From: Squalus acanthias
Lineage: Eukaryota
Assembly: GCA_030390025.1 (NCBI GenBank)
Contig: CM059432.1
Span: 70,682,001 to 70,746,000 of the forward strand
Direction: 5' to 3'
Length of the DNA: 64,000 nucleotides
Shown one piece after another: positions 52,991-64,000 of this stretch. Position 1 is the stretch's first letter; each line of letters begins with the position of its first letter. The position numbers and the translations under genes are program-made. The notes beneath the pieces are model-generated. The model saw only the letters and a program-made list of their open reading frames with translations. It did not search any database and was not told the origin of the DNA.

Positions 52991-54621
52991 GGGGTGGCCC
53001 AGCCCGGCATCTTACTGAACAATGATACTAAATCTGGTGTCAAATCTGCACAAGCACATTCGTGAAAAGGCATGTTTGCAAAAGTTAATGCAAGAATAGT
53101 TGACAAAATGATCAGGGATCCACTGTTACCACTGCATGTGTATCCTTTCACTGGATCCGCTCCGGGCCTCGTGCAATTGCATGGGTGCTGCGGTCCGAAT
53201 GCTGCTTCGGCTCCTACTCACCCAAGCTTAGGGCGAGATTTCAGTTTGCCAGCAGTAGCCCTGATGTGTCAACTTGAGCCAAAACACGCTACAGACATAT
53301 GTTCCAACCTAGAAAATCAGCAAAAGCTGACAACTCAAAAATGGGACTGACTATGAGCAGGGCCTCTGCTTTAAAGGTGACTGAAGTAGTTAAATTCTGC
53401 TTTTCTTATATGGAATTCCAGGATTTTTAACGTGTTTCATATTCTGCAATTCGGTTAATTTTCTATGAAAGCTGAAACCCAATGGTCTTGCCTATGACAG
53501 GTGAAAACAAGTAGTTACAGAGTACAGTGAACATGAGCGTGATACAACTAAAGCTGCAGGCATATCCAATAATCCCAGCACCATTATTGCATTTACAAAA
53601 TTGCATTTTTTTACAGTTCTGATTTAGAAATGTCAGCCTTTGCTCAGTGGTAATACCTTTGCTCTGAGTCAATGTTTATGAGAGAGTTGAGCATATGATC
53701 TTGGCTGACACTTCAGTACAGTACTGAGGGAGTGCTGCATTCTCAGAAGTGCCATCCATTGGATGAGATGTTAAACTGAGGCCCTGTCTGCTCTCAAGTG
53801 CATTTAAAAGATCCCATGGCACTATTCAAAGAAGACCACTAAAGTTCTCCTGGTAGTTGAATGGTGAGAAGTTAACCTGGGAGCTTATAGTCAGCCATTT
53901 ATACAGGATAAACCTACTTGGTCATATTAATCTATATGTGCAATTATATATAGAAGCAGAAAAGAATAGCAAGATACAAAACGGTATAATACTTAAAAAT
54001 CAAAAAGCTAGAATCAATTCACAGGAGATTAATATACCCTTTTAGAAAGGTACTTAAAATATTTGACAAGTAACAAGATTTTTGGATGACACAGTCAGGT
54101 TTGTCTCTTTAATAAAGATGTAGCATGTGGAAGATGTAAGTTCCAGTTTACCCACAGAGTGTGAATTATTTTTGTCATAACTGAAAACTAGTGGTCAGTG
54201 CCATGGCTATATACCATGGTGCCTTTTTCATGTTGCACATGCTGTACGTTTCTGCTTATATGTATAACTGCACATGTAGTTATAAGCAATGTTTGAAGTA
54301 AACAAAAAGAAATGGTCACAATCTTTACACCTGGAGGTGACTTGCTGATGATTGGAAATTGCAGCTTCCTCCATACGTTTCCCTAGACTGGATTTCATAC
54401 TTCGTAATGAAATTTCCTAATGGCTCAATAATCTGTCAAGATCAACTACAGACTTCTGGCATCAATGGGAATTCATTTTATCAGCTAACTATTTTCCTTA
54501 AGCATTGATTGCTATTTTGTAATTTAGTAGCCATGATGCGGAGATGCCGGTGTTGGACTGGGGTGGACAAATGTGAGAAGTCGCACAACTCCAGGTTATA
54601 GTCCAACAGCTTTATTTGAAA

Positions 54622-54658
54622 TCACAAGCTTTCGGAGCGCTGCTCCTTCGTCAGGTGA
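54622..54658 (-). ncRNA. Minimal hammerhead ribozyme motif
   Basis: TCAC-CTGACGA-A-GGAGC-AGC-GCTCC-GAAA-GC-TT-GTGA. Confidence 0.75.
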
Positions 54659-55564
54659 AGTGAAGAGATGCATATAGGCACAGCATATATAGTCAGAGAA
54701 CACTGCCAGATGATTAGTTAATCTTTCCAACTGCCCTTTATCACACCTCGGCAGAGAGATAATCACGGCAATCAAAGGTGTGGATGGTGTCCAAACAGGT
54801 CAGTCAGGAAAACATTACATCAAAGACAATGTGGCAGATGCTGGGGTCTGTATGGAAAACAAAAAACTTTTTTTGCTGGAAATCACAGCAGGTCCGGCCG
54901 CATCTGTGTAGAGAGAACAAGCCAACGACGACTCGAGTCTGGATGACTCTACATCAGGTGGGGTTACATGTAGCGTGACATGAACCCAAGATCCCGGTTG
55001 AGGCCGTCCTCATGGGTGCTGAACTTGGCTATCAGTTTCTGCTCGACGATTTTGCGTTGTCGTGTGTCTCGAAGGCCGCCTTGGAGAACGCTTACCCGAA
55101 GATCGGAGGCTGAATGTCCTTGACTGCTGAAGTGTTCCCCGACTGGGAGGGAACACTCCTGCCTGGCGATTGTTGCGCGGTGTCCGTTCATACGTTGTCG
55201 CAGTGTCTGCATGGTCTCGCCGATGTACCATGCTCCGGGGCATCCTTTCCTGCAATGTATGAGGTAGACAACGTTGGCCGAGTCACATGAGTATGTACCA
55301 TGTACCTGGTGGGTGGTGTCCTCACGTGTGATGATGGTATCTGTGTTGATGATCTGGCATGTCTTGCAGAGGTTGCCGTGGCAGGGTTGTGTGGTGTCAT
55401 GGTCGCTGTTCTCCTGAAAGCTGGGTTTGGACACCATCCACACCCTTGATTGCCGTGATTATCTCTCTTCCGAGGTGTGATAAAGGGCAGTTGGAAAGAT
55501 TAACTGTAATCATCTGGCAGTGTTCTCTGACTATATATGCTGTGCCTATATGCATCTCTTCACT

Positions 55565-55601
55565 TCACCTGACGAAGGAGCAGCACTCTGAAAGCTTGTG
55601 A
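55565..55601 (+). ncRNA. Minimal hammerhead motif, inverted pLTR copy with stem II decayed
   Basis: TCAC-CTGACGA-A-GGAGCAGCACTCT-GAAA-GCTT-GTGA. Confidence 0.6.
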
Positions 55602-56819
55602 TTTCAAATAAAGCTGTTGGACTATAACCTGGTGTTGTGCGACTTCTCACATTTGTAATTTAGTGGCAGTCTTCATTTCAGATCAAATGATGTAAAAAAT
55701 TAAGTAAAGAAAAATGTCCCTATTTGTCAAATAATTATGCATATTTAAAATAATGAATTGGAAGTAGCTATCTAAAACTTCAAATGCCCTTTTTAGTCAA
55801 TTGTTTCTAAATTGTTCATGTAGTGTTTCACTAGGGCATTGACTAACGTTTCATGCAATCCCCTTGCCTTGTTAGGATTCAAATCTCCCAGGAAAATATA
55901 GCCATTACCAAGTAGGCTACCTGTGTTGAGTTGGAGATTATCTCAAATTTAGTCCTACAAAGCTAAAAATTACTTTTGCTGATATTAACAGACAGACGAT
56001 TAATATATTCGTCTGATATTCCTCTGCTATATTTATGGCGGCATTAACCTGTTTAAAATAAATGGGTTAATACCTGTACTAAAATAGCAGACAAATGAAT
56101 GTTAGCAGATAAACACACATTGTGTTAGTGTATCATCACCAACAGTAATGTTGAGCCTAAAGGAACCTCAGGGTGGTCAGTCCAAGATGGGATTCATCTC
56201 TAGCTCCAAGTGGATTACATCCACTGTACCTGCTGGATGAGTTAATAGGCTCCAAGTTTTGCGATCCAGTACTCAGTGTTCCATCTAAACTAACCCATTG
56301 CAGCTAGCATTACATGAACGCCTAATGGTTCTATTGCAGTTCCTGACGGATTGGCTATTTCCGCAGAAATTCAAAGAACAAAAGTAACAGCTTTCAGTTC
56401 CATTCAGTTTTTTGAGATACTATAATTCAATGGAAATTACTGTATGTTGAATTCACTATTAATGTGCTGATCATACTTTATCCTGCCCATTGTGATATAA
56501 TTAACCTGCACATTATGCATCACAGAAGAACCTTTTTATTGTGTGTATGATACCTCCGATAGTGGGAACTTCTGTTGCTGCTGTAAACAAGCTTCCTGAA
56601 AATGTTTTATATACTTTTATGAATACTAGACTGACAACTTCAGTTATATACATACTTTTCAATACTTAAAAGTAGCTTTCATGAAAAATAGAAAATGGCC
56701 CTAAAAATGTATAGAAGTCCTGAAGTGTGTACACTACTAACTTACTGATCAACACAGACCAACATATTAGACACAATGTTGGACTTATGTTTTGAAAAGC
56801 TGCCATCTTCCTTACCTCT

Positions 56820-58925
56820 CATAGGAACAGGAGTAGGCCAGTTAGCCCCTCAAGCCTGTTCTGCCATTCAATTAGATCACGGCTGATCTGTTTGTTAATT
56901 CCATCTATCAGCCTTGGTTCCATAATCCTTAATACCCTTACCTAACAAAAATCTATCAATCTCAGTATTGAAATTTTCAATTGACCTAGCTTCAACAGCT
57001 TTTTGGGGTAGAGAGTTCCAGATTTTCACTATCCTTTGTGTGAAGAAGTGCTTTCTGATATCACCCTTGAACGGCCTAGCTCTAATTTTAAGGTTATGTC
57101 TCCTTGTTATGGACTCTCACACCAGAGGAAATAGTTTCTATCTACCCTATCAATTCCTTTAATCATCTTAAATATCACAATTAGATTATCCCTTAATCTT
57201 CTAAACTCAAGGGAATACAAGCCTACTCTATGCAATCTGTCCTCATAATTTAACCCTTTTAGCCCCAGTAACATTCTGGTGAATCTACGTTGCACCCCCT
57301 CCAAGGCCAGTATATCCTTCCTGAGGTGCGGTGCCCAGAACTGAATGCAGTACTCCAGCTGGGGTCTAATCAGAGCTCTGTACAGCTGTAACATAACTTC
57401 TATCCCTTTGTATTCTAGCCCTCTTGAGATAAAGGCCTTTTAAATAATTTTTTGTTCCTCTCCACTAGCTTTTAGTGATTTCTGTACATGGACCCCTAAA
57501 TCTCTCTGCTCATCCACAGTTCCTAGCCTCTCGCCATTTAGAAAATACTCTGATCTATCTTTCTTGGGTCCAAAGTGGATGACCTCACATTTTCCCACAC
57601 TAAAAGAAAGACTTGCATTTATATTGCGCCTTTCACGACCACCGGACGTCCCAAAGTGCTTTACAGCCAATGAAGTACTTTTTGAAGTGTAGTCACTGTT
57701 GTAATGTAGGAAATGCGGCAGCCAATTTGCGCACAGCAAGCTCCCACAAACAGCAATCTGATAATGACCAGATAATTTGTTTTAGTGATGTTGATTGACC
57801 GATAAATATTGGCTGGGACACCGGGGATAACTCCCCTACTCTTCTTCAAAATAGTGCCATAGGATCTTTTTCGTCCATCTGAAAGACGGCACCTCCGACA
57901 GTGCAGCACTCCCTCAGTACTGCACTGGAGTGTCAGCCTAGATTTTTATGCTCCAGTCTCTGGAGTGGGACTTGAACCCACAACCTTCTGACTCAGAGGC
58001 AAGGGTGCTACCAACTGAGCCATGGCTGACACATTAAATGCCATCTGCCACAGTTTTGGCCACTCATCTAATCTATCAATGTCCCTTTGCAACTTTCTGC
58101 TATGCATAGTTGTGGCCATATTATAAAAAAGATATAGAGGCATTGGAAAAGGTGCAAAAAAGATTCACAAGGATGATACCAGAACTGAGAGAATATACTT
58201 ATCAGGAAAGCTAAATAAGCTGGGGCTCTTTATTCTAGAAAACAGAAGGCTGAGGAGTGACTTTATGGAGGTCTTTAAGATAATGAAAGGGTTTAGTAGC
58301 GTATATGTAGAGAAAATGTTTCCACTTGTGGGGAATCCAAAATTAAAGGTCATAAATATAAGATAATCACTAATAAATCCAATAGGGAATTCAGGAGAAA
58401 TGTCTTTACCCAAAGAGTGGTAAGAATGTGGAACATTCTACCATTAGGTGTAGTTGAGGCTAATAGCATAAATGCATTTAATCTAGACAATCACATGAGG
58501 GAGAAAGGAATAGAAGGATATGCTGATAGGGTTAGATGAAGTATGGTGGGAGGAGGCCCGTGTGGAGTATAAATGCCAGCATAGACCTGTTGGGCCGAAT
58601 GGTCTGTTTCTGTGCTGTACACTCAATGTAACTCAATCTATCCTATTTACCTAACTTAGTGTCGTCAGCTCGCTATTCCTTCATCCAAGTCATTTATAAA
58701 TATAATGAAAAGCTGAGGCCCAGTACAAATCTCTGGGGGACACCACTAGTCACATCCTGCCAATTTGAGTACATACCCATTATCCCTACTCTCTATCTCC
58801 TACCTCCTAACCAATTTCCTATCCAAGCCAATAGATTGCCGCCAATTCCATGCAGTCTCATTTTTGTTAACAGTCTCTTATGTGGAACCTTGTCGAATGC
58901 CTTGTGGAAGTCCATTTAAATAACA
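56820..58925. mobile_element. Cluster of CR1 fragments (minus 56820-58100 with nested SINE, plus 58140-58620, minus 58660-58925)
   Basis: CR1 ORF2 motifs in ORFs 57107-57394 and 57440-57739 and in flanking sequence. Confidence 0.8.
57603..58030 (-). mobile_element. DeuSINE copy nested in CR1 (older or partial copies near 7690-8085, 16420-16670, 21340-21430, 47727-47990, 49385-49795 and 53635-53855)
   Basis: Reverse complement of the 2713 family; CR1 is continuous across it. Confidence 0.85.
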
Positions 58926-59474
58926 TCTCAATTCACGAGTGGCAGGTTCTCCTTGAATAAATATTAATTACAATTGCTCATTGCAAGAAAACAGATATAC
59001 ATACAAATATTCGCACTCTTGCTTAACATTGTAATCTGTATTGTAGACCAGATGCCTGCATCCTCAAAATATTCTGTGTCACAAGATAGTTACAGATAAG
59101 AAGACCATTTAGCTCATCTTATTTCTGCCATCCAGAGAACTCATAAGTCCTTTCATTTCAACATCCTGTTGTCTCTTTAAAGATTCCAGGACTTTTGCTT
59201 CCACTACTCTATTTGGAAATGTATTCCGTACGTTCCTCACTCTCTGTGAAGAAGGATTTCTTGACATCAGTCCTAAATTTACCTTTTACTAGTTTTAATC
59301 TGTATCCCCTTGCTCTACTCTGGAAATTCAATTTAAAGTCAATTTCTGGATTTACATTCTTCCATTCCCCTATTTCTTATACCTCTATATAATTACCTCT
59401 CAGATGCTTCCTTTCCAGGATGAAAATCCCAAATCTCCCCTATCTTTCCTCATAGTTCAGCCTTTTGACACTAT

Positions 59475-62400
59475 GGGCTCGATTTTGCCAAGCATGAGGA
59501 GGCGGGTTTGGAGGCGTGCGAGGTGGTAAAATCACCAAAAATGGTGGGCGGGCCCGATCCTGCCTCCATCCTGCTTCCGAGCAATTTTCCCAAATGCGTG
59601 TTTTCTGACCCCCTTTCCATCCCGCCTCCAAGAGGCGGGATAGGCCCTTAAGGCCCATAACAGCCCCTTAATTGCCTCTATTATCCCATTTTCAGAGGCC
59701 TTTCTGATTGTTAGACATTTTCCCCATCCTCCACGCCTCCTCTGGAACATGGCAGGTAATCCTGGCAGCCTCACAATTGGATTGCTTACTAACAGCTGCA
59801 GCTTCGCCATTACAAAGGAGTTTTCACCGATGATCATTTGCAGGTGGCAGAACTTTGTTGTCTCAGGTCTGGGCGAGCTTGTAGCAGGCCTACTCATTGT
59901 TGTGGAAGTTTGGAGCCTGACACCCATCTCCAGTGTGACCTCCTGGGAAACCCCTCTCCCCACCTTGACTGAGCGCTTCCTCAACTGAGGCATATACCAG
60001 AAGCATGGCGACCATTTAATTCCTTTCCTCCTGGACGAAGACCATCCACGGCAGCAGCAGAACCATGAACAACAGCAGCACCAACAGCAGGAGCATCAGC
60101 AGGAGAGCCAAGCTGCTAGTCACCCCCCTGAAGCTGCACAGGCCAGAAGGCACCGGCGCGCAACAACATTGGTGCCCGGGATGCAAGGGATGCACTCATC
60201 TTGGCCAGATTTGGTGAGCCTGCACAATCAAACACCTTTGTCTCGCACCTTCTTACCAGAGCATCCACAATGGACAAGAACCTGTGGATTCCTATCACTC
60301 TGACCACCATACTGACAATTGCAAGGCGCCCTAAGCCCTCAATGTGAGAGTCCCATTTGCGAAATGACACAGGCCACAACTTCAACAGTTTGCCATCAAA
60401 TCTGTTTATAATATAATGACAATGAAGGCTGGTCCAAATACATTACATCACAGCACCCAAGTGACTACCCTTGTGACTACTTGTGCTTTATCTTCCTCTT
60501 ACACGTGCTCCTACGTGGTGCTTCCCCTGTGGCTTCAGCAGATGTGGAGGCCCCTTGCTCACTTTCTTGCTGCTCCTGTCTCGATGCCTTTAGCGGCCGC
60601 CCTCTGGGGTGGCAAACCTGTGCGGGCTCGGCAACAGTCTGCTGCTCCTGCGGCTGTGCAGGGGCTGAGACGCCCATCTCAGTTGGGTGAGGACTCGGGT
60701 GGGGCTCTGACTGAGGGCTCTGCAGTGGCTTGGTCATGTGAGCGCTTGGAGAGGAGCCCCCCACTTCCTTGTTCTCTGCCACCAATATCCCTCTCATGGG
60801 TCAGCCCCACTTCAGAGCTAGCAAGTGGCTTGACAGCACCTTGCTGCACTGCAGGGGGGACATGAGGACCCGTTTCTGTACTGGGAGTCCATCGCTCCTC
60901 AAGAGATGTCATTCTAGTCTGAACAATTACCATGTTTTCCATACCCTGGCGACTAAGCTCCTCCATGGCCGTAGCCATCCTCTCCTCTACGGTAGCCAGC
61001 CTTACCACGGAGTTAGCCATCCTTTCCACGGAGGTTGCCATCCTTTACGCGGTGATGTGTTCATGCGCCAATGCTTCCACAAAGGCTCTGCTCATGTTCG
61101 CGATGGACTCCTCCATTCGCTCCACACTCACAGCGACCCTGGAGACAAAACGTGTCAGAGACTCCTGCACCTGTTCCTGGAGTTCCAGCACCGCTCTCCT
61201 TCTGGATGGACCCAGAGGCACAGGGTCGACATGCAGCTGAGCTGAGCTGGCAGAGTCCTGTGCCCTCCGACGAAGACTCTCCACTGCTGACCCTGTCTCC
61301 ACAATGTGCTGATGCTCACTTGTGAGCTGTGATGCACCAGGTGCCAATACTACTCTATGCCGCGAAGGTCCCACCAAGGTGTGAGTGTCTGCGCTGGTGC
61401 TGGGTGCGATGAATTCTGCTGACGCTGCACCCTCAGAGGTTGCAGCTTCCTCTGAGGAGTCTGGAAGCTCAGGCTCTTCCTCCTAGACAGTGGGGACGTG
61501 GGCTTTCGATGGTCCTGTAGGGGAGTAAAGGAAAGAGTTAGAGATGTGAGGTCAAGGTTACATGCACATTGAATAGTGCAGATGATCATAAGTCAATCTG
61601 TTAGAGCATCAGATTCATTATCAGTGACTCATGCAATGTCAATGAGAGACATGCCAAACTATTCTGTCACCAGCTTGCTGTGATGCGCCCGTCTGTCCAT
61701 CCCCCACTTGGGTATCGTCCTCGATCCCAGCGATTTCCAGGGCTGCCTCCTCCCAGGGGGTGAGCTGGGCTACTGAGGGTGGCCCTCCTCCTGTCATGGC
61801 TCTTTCCCTCTTATTGTGGGCTCTCTTTTCCTGCAGTGAGGGACACAAGTGGAGTTTGAGTGAGAATGAAGAAGTGAGTGTAGAGAATCCATAGCATAGA
61901 TGCTTAGAAGGATACAAAGGACCCTCCCTGTGTGTTGTAAGTTGTTGTTGTCATTGCATCACAGTGATGGGGAGTGTGAGGGCTGCATGGTCGAATAGTT
62001 AAGTGAATGTGACCATAGAGAGAGGGGGAATGGGTAAGGGTGCAGGGATGTAAGTGTCAAGTGGGATGTGGAGGAAGAGGTTGGCAAAGCAGAGTGCTGG
62101 TGAGGAGAGGCGATGGGGATCAGATTGAGGGTGATGGGAAAGTCATACTCACTTTTCCTGTGCGGAGAAGGTCATGAAACCTCCTCCTGCATTGCAGCCA
62201 GGTTCTGCAGCTCATTGAAATGGAGTTGACCTCCTCGGCCACTTGCAGCCACACAGCTTTTGTCTGCTGGGGTGGCTTTTTTCTCCCTGAGGAAGGCAAC
62301 AGCACCTCCTTATTACATCTGGCTCCGTGCACCAGAGCTTGGAGGGAGGGCTCATCAAACCGAGGTGCACACTTTTGCTTGATCATTGACATTGTCGGGA

Positions 62401-62672
62401 AATCAACTCCTTCATACAATTTGCAGAGCCTTTGCAGTCTCCAGAAGAAGTCATGCTGCTTGCAGGTCTTAAATCCAGCAGCGTTGATGACGTCATTAGA
62501 GGTGACTTTCTGTATGAAAAGACTCATTGGGCCAGGGGTTCCCACACGCAGGAAATCAATTGCCCAATTAGGGGAAAATCCCACTTTTTCAACACTTCAC
62601 TTTGGAGTCGGGGTCCTGACACGATTTCCACCTGACACGCCCCAGCCCGCCCACACTGACAAAATCCAGCCC
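59475..62672. mobile_element. PIF/Harbinger DNA transposon, internally deleted, inserted in a CR1 fragment
   Basis: TIRs GGGCTCGATTTTGCCA and TGACAAAATCCAGCCC; flanks TAT/TAA (3-bp TSD, one mismatch); convergent Myb/SANT gene and transposase remnant. Confidence 0.88.
60477..62392 (-). pseudogene. Harbinger Myb/SANT-like DNA-binding protein gene, 3 exons, lightly disabled
   Basis: Exon 62392-62153 (APRFDEPSL...W..VAEEVN...RTW.QCRRRFHDL), exon 61830-61671 (EKRAHN.RE...TGGG) and exon from 61514; in-frame stops at 61485-61483 and 61047-61045; one frameshift near 60700-60800; basic C-terminus RRSTCKRKIKHK. Confidence 0.85.
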
Positions 62673-63767
62673 TAAGGATCAGTCTTGTGGTTTTTTTTCT
62701 CCACTGCCTCTAGTGCATGAAAGACTTGTGTCTTGGTGACTAGAACTGGTCACTGTACACAGGGGCGCAGTTTGAACCAGCTATAATTTGTAGGCAGGAA
62801 TTTTACATTTCCCACTTCTCTTAACACAGGTGATGAGAGCCAATTGCAATTGTTTCTGCTGGTGATAGTGTCACTTGTAATGGATAGAAGGCCCTCCTCA
62901 TGAGTTCAGGGACCAACATTGGTTCCAGTAACACAAATTAACTATGTATGTGACTCATGATTTTTATGTCCCTGTAATGTCAATCCTCCCACTCCTGGGG
63001 AGGTTATGGAGAGATCTCAGTGAAATGGATGAAGTAGGACAAGAGTGAGACCCTTTCATTAGCAAATGTTTGTAATCCCAAACAGTTTGTGTAACTTGCC
63101 TTCAAGTACCCATATTTAAATATTTGGGGTTTCAAGCAGTGGCAAAAAATGTGGAATGCCGTCCCTTTCAACCTATGGACACAAGACAGAAACTATCAGG
63201 ATTACCATCAGCTCTTAAGTTAATTACTTGGTATCTATGCTTCCCAATGGGTTCCCACAAATCTTTAGGGCCTTGAATCGATTTTTTATTAGTTATTTAT
63301 GGGCAGTGAGGTAAGCAGGTTTCAATTTACCAATAATCTCCCGAATACTGGAGGAATATTTAGAGAAAGCGATTTTATGTTGATTGGGCTGAATTTTCTT
63401 ATACGTTACTGTCCAATCTTGGACAGTTTTAGAATGGCTGGAAGAGGAAAATGGGGTGGTGACATGTTCTGCCAAGTTCCTGTCTCTTACAATGCTGTAA
63501 ACACTTTCTTCCAAAAAGATGAGTGCTGGAAGAGGGTCAGCAGGATGAACTGGCAATCGAGGTCTACTACAGGAAGAATTTACACTGGAGAACCCTTTGT
63601 CAACTGCAAGACATCTACAGGCAGATATAATAACAGACACTTTTCCTGAGTTAACTGTGGCCACTGCAACAACAGTCATAGCTCCATGTTTCCCTTTCCA
63701 GAAAAGCTAAATCATTCAAAGAGAGAGACTTGGCTCTCATCTGCAACTTCCATGCCTATTATTTCTA

Positions 63768-63900
63768 ATGATGTGGAGATGCCGGCGTTGGACTGGGGTG
63801 GACAAAAATGAGAAGTCGCACAATACCAGGTTATAGTCCAACAGATTTATTTAATTTTACAAGCTTTCGGAGCTATCGCTCCTTCGTCAGGTAAGTTAGC
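63768..63900 (-). mobile_element. Penelope-like pseudo-LTR 3' end, same family as the 54.5-kb copy
   Basis: Closely similar to 54532-54660, including the tail and hammerhead. Confidence 0.85.
63857..63894 (-). ncRNA. Minimal hammerhead ribozyme motif
   Basis: TTAC-CTGACGA-A-GGAGC-GATA-GCTCC-GAAA-GC-TT-GTAA. Confidence 0.75.
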
Positions 63901-64000
63901 AATGAGAGAATCTCCCAGAATTCACAATTTAAACCCAGACAAAATCTATTCACATTATTCGCTACAACAAAGAGCACAGCCAAGACAATGAGATGTGTCC

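Larger units (their letters stand above)
54532..55656 (-). mobile_element. Penelope-like element: GIY-YIG fragment flanked by inverted pseudo-LTRs
   Basis: ORF 54964-55443 (NVVYLIHC...YIGET.Q.LR.RMNGH); inverted repeats of about 230 bp at 54567-54796 and 55425-55656; 35-nt extra tail at 54532-54566; flanking 16-bp duplication TTTGTAATTTAGT(A/G)GC. Confidence 0.9.

Noticed and set aside
63293..63679. Overlapping ORFs of 116-128 aa, considered as MOS or another neighbouring gene
   Set aside because: No kinase or other recognisable motifs; likely chance ORFs or an old repeat

Overview
Repeat-rich vertebrate genomic DNA. The repeat families (DeuSINE/SacSINE1-like SINE, CR1, L2, Penelope) point to a cartilaginous fish, probably a shark (inference). 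Two spliced host genes lie on the minus strand. RPS20 is complete: 4 coding exons, 119 aa, a TCT/5'TOP promoter and an intronic SNORD54/U54 snoRNA. About 9 kb downstream is a kinesin-6 (KIF20A-like) gene with 14 in-phase coding exons (661 codons) that runs off the left edge of the window. The rest is nested transposable elements: a Gypsy element with very short LTRs, a solo LTR, a Harbinger element that keeps a spliced Myb/SANT gene but has lost its transposase core, Harbinger-type MITEs, Penelope-like elements with minimal hammerhead ribozymes, Tx1, Vingi-like, CR1 and L2 LINEs, and two SINE families. The most notable observations are a long hairpin in the RPS20 5'UTR, a KIF20 paralog at a locus where I know of none in mammals, covarying hammerhead ribozymes, and tandem Tx1 3' ends in the RPS20 promoter.
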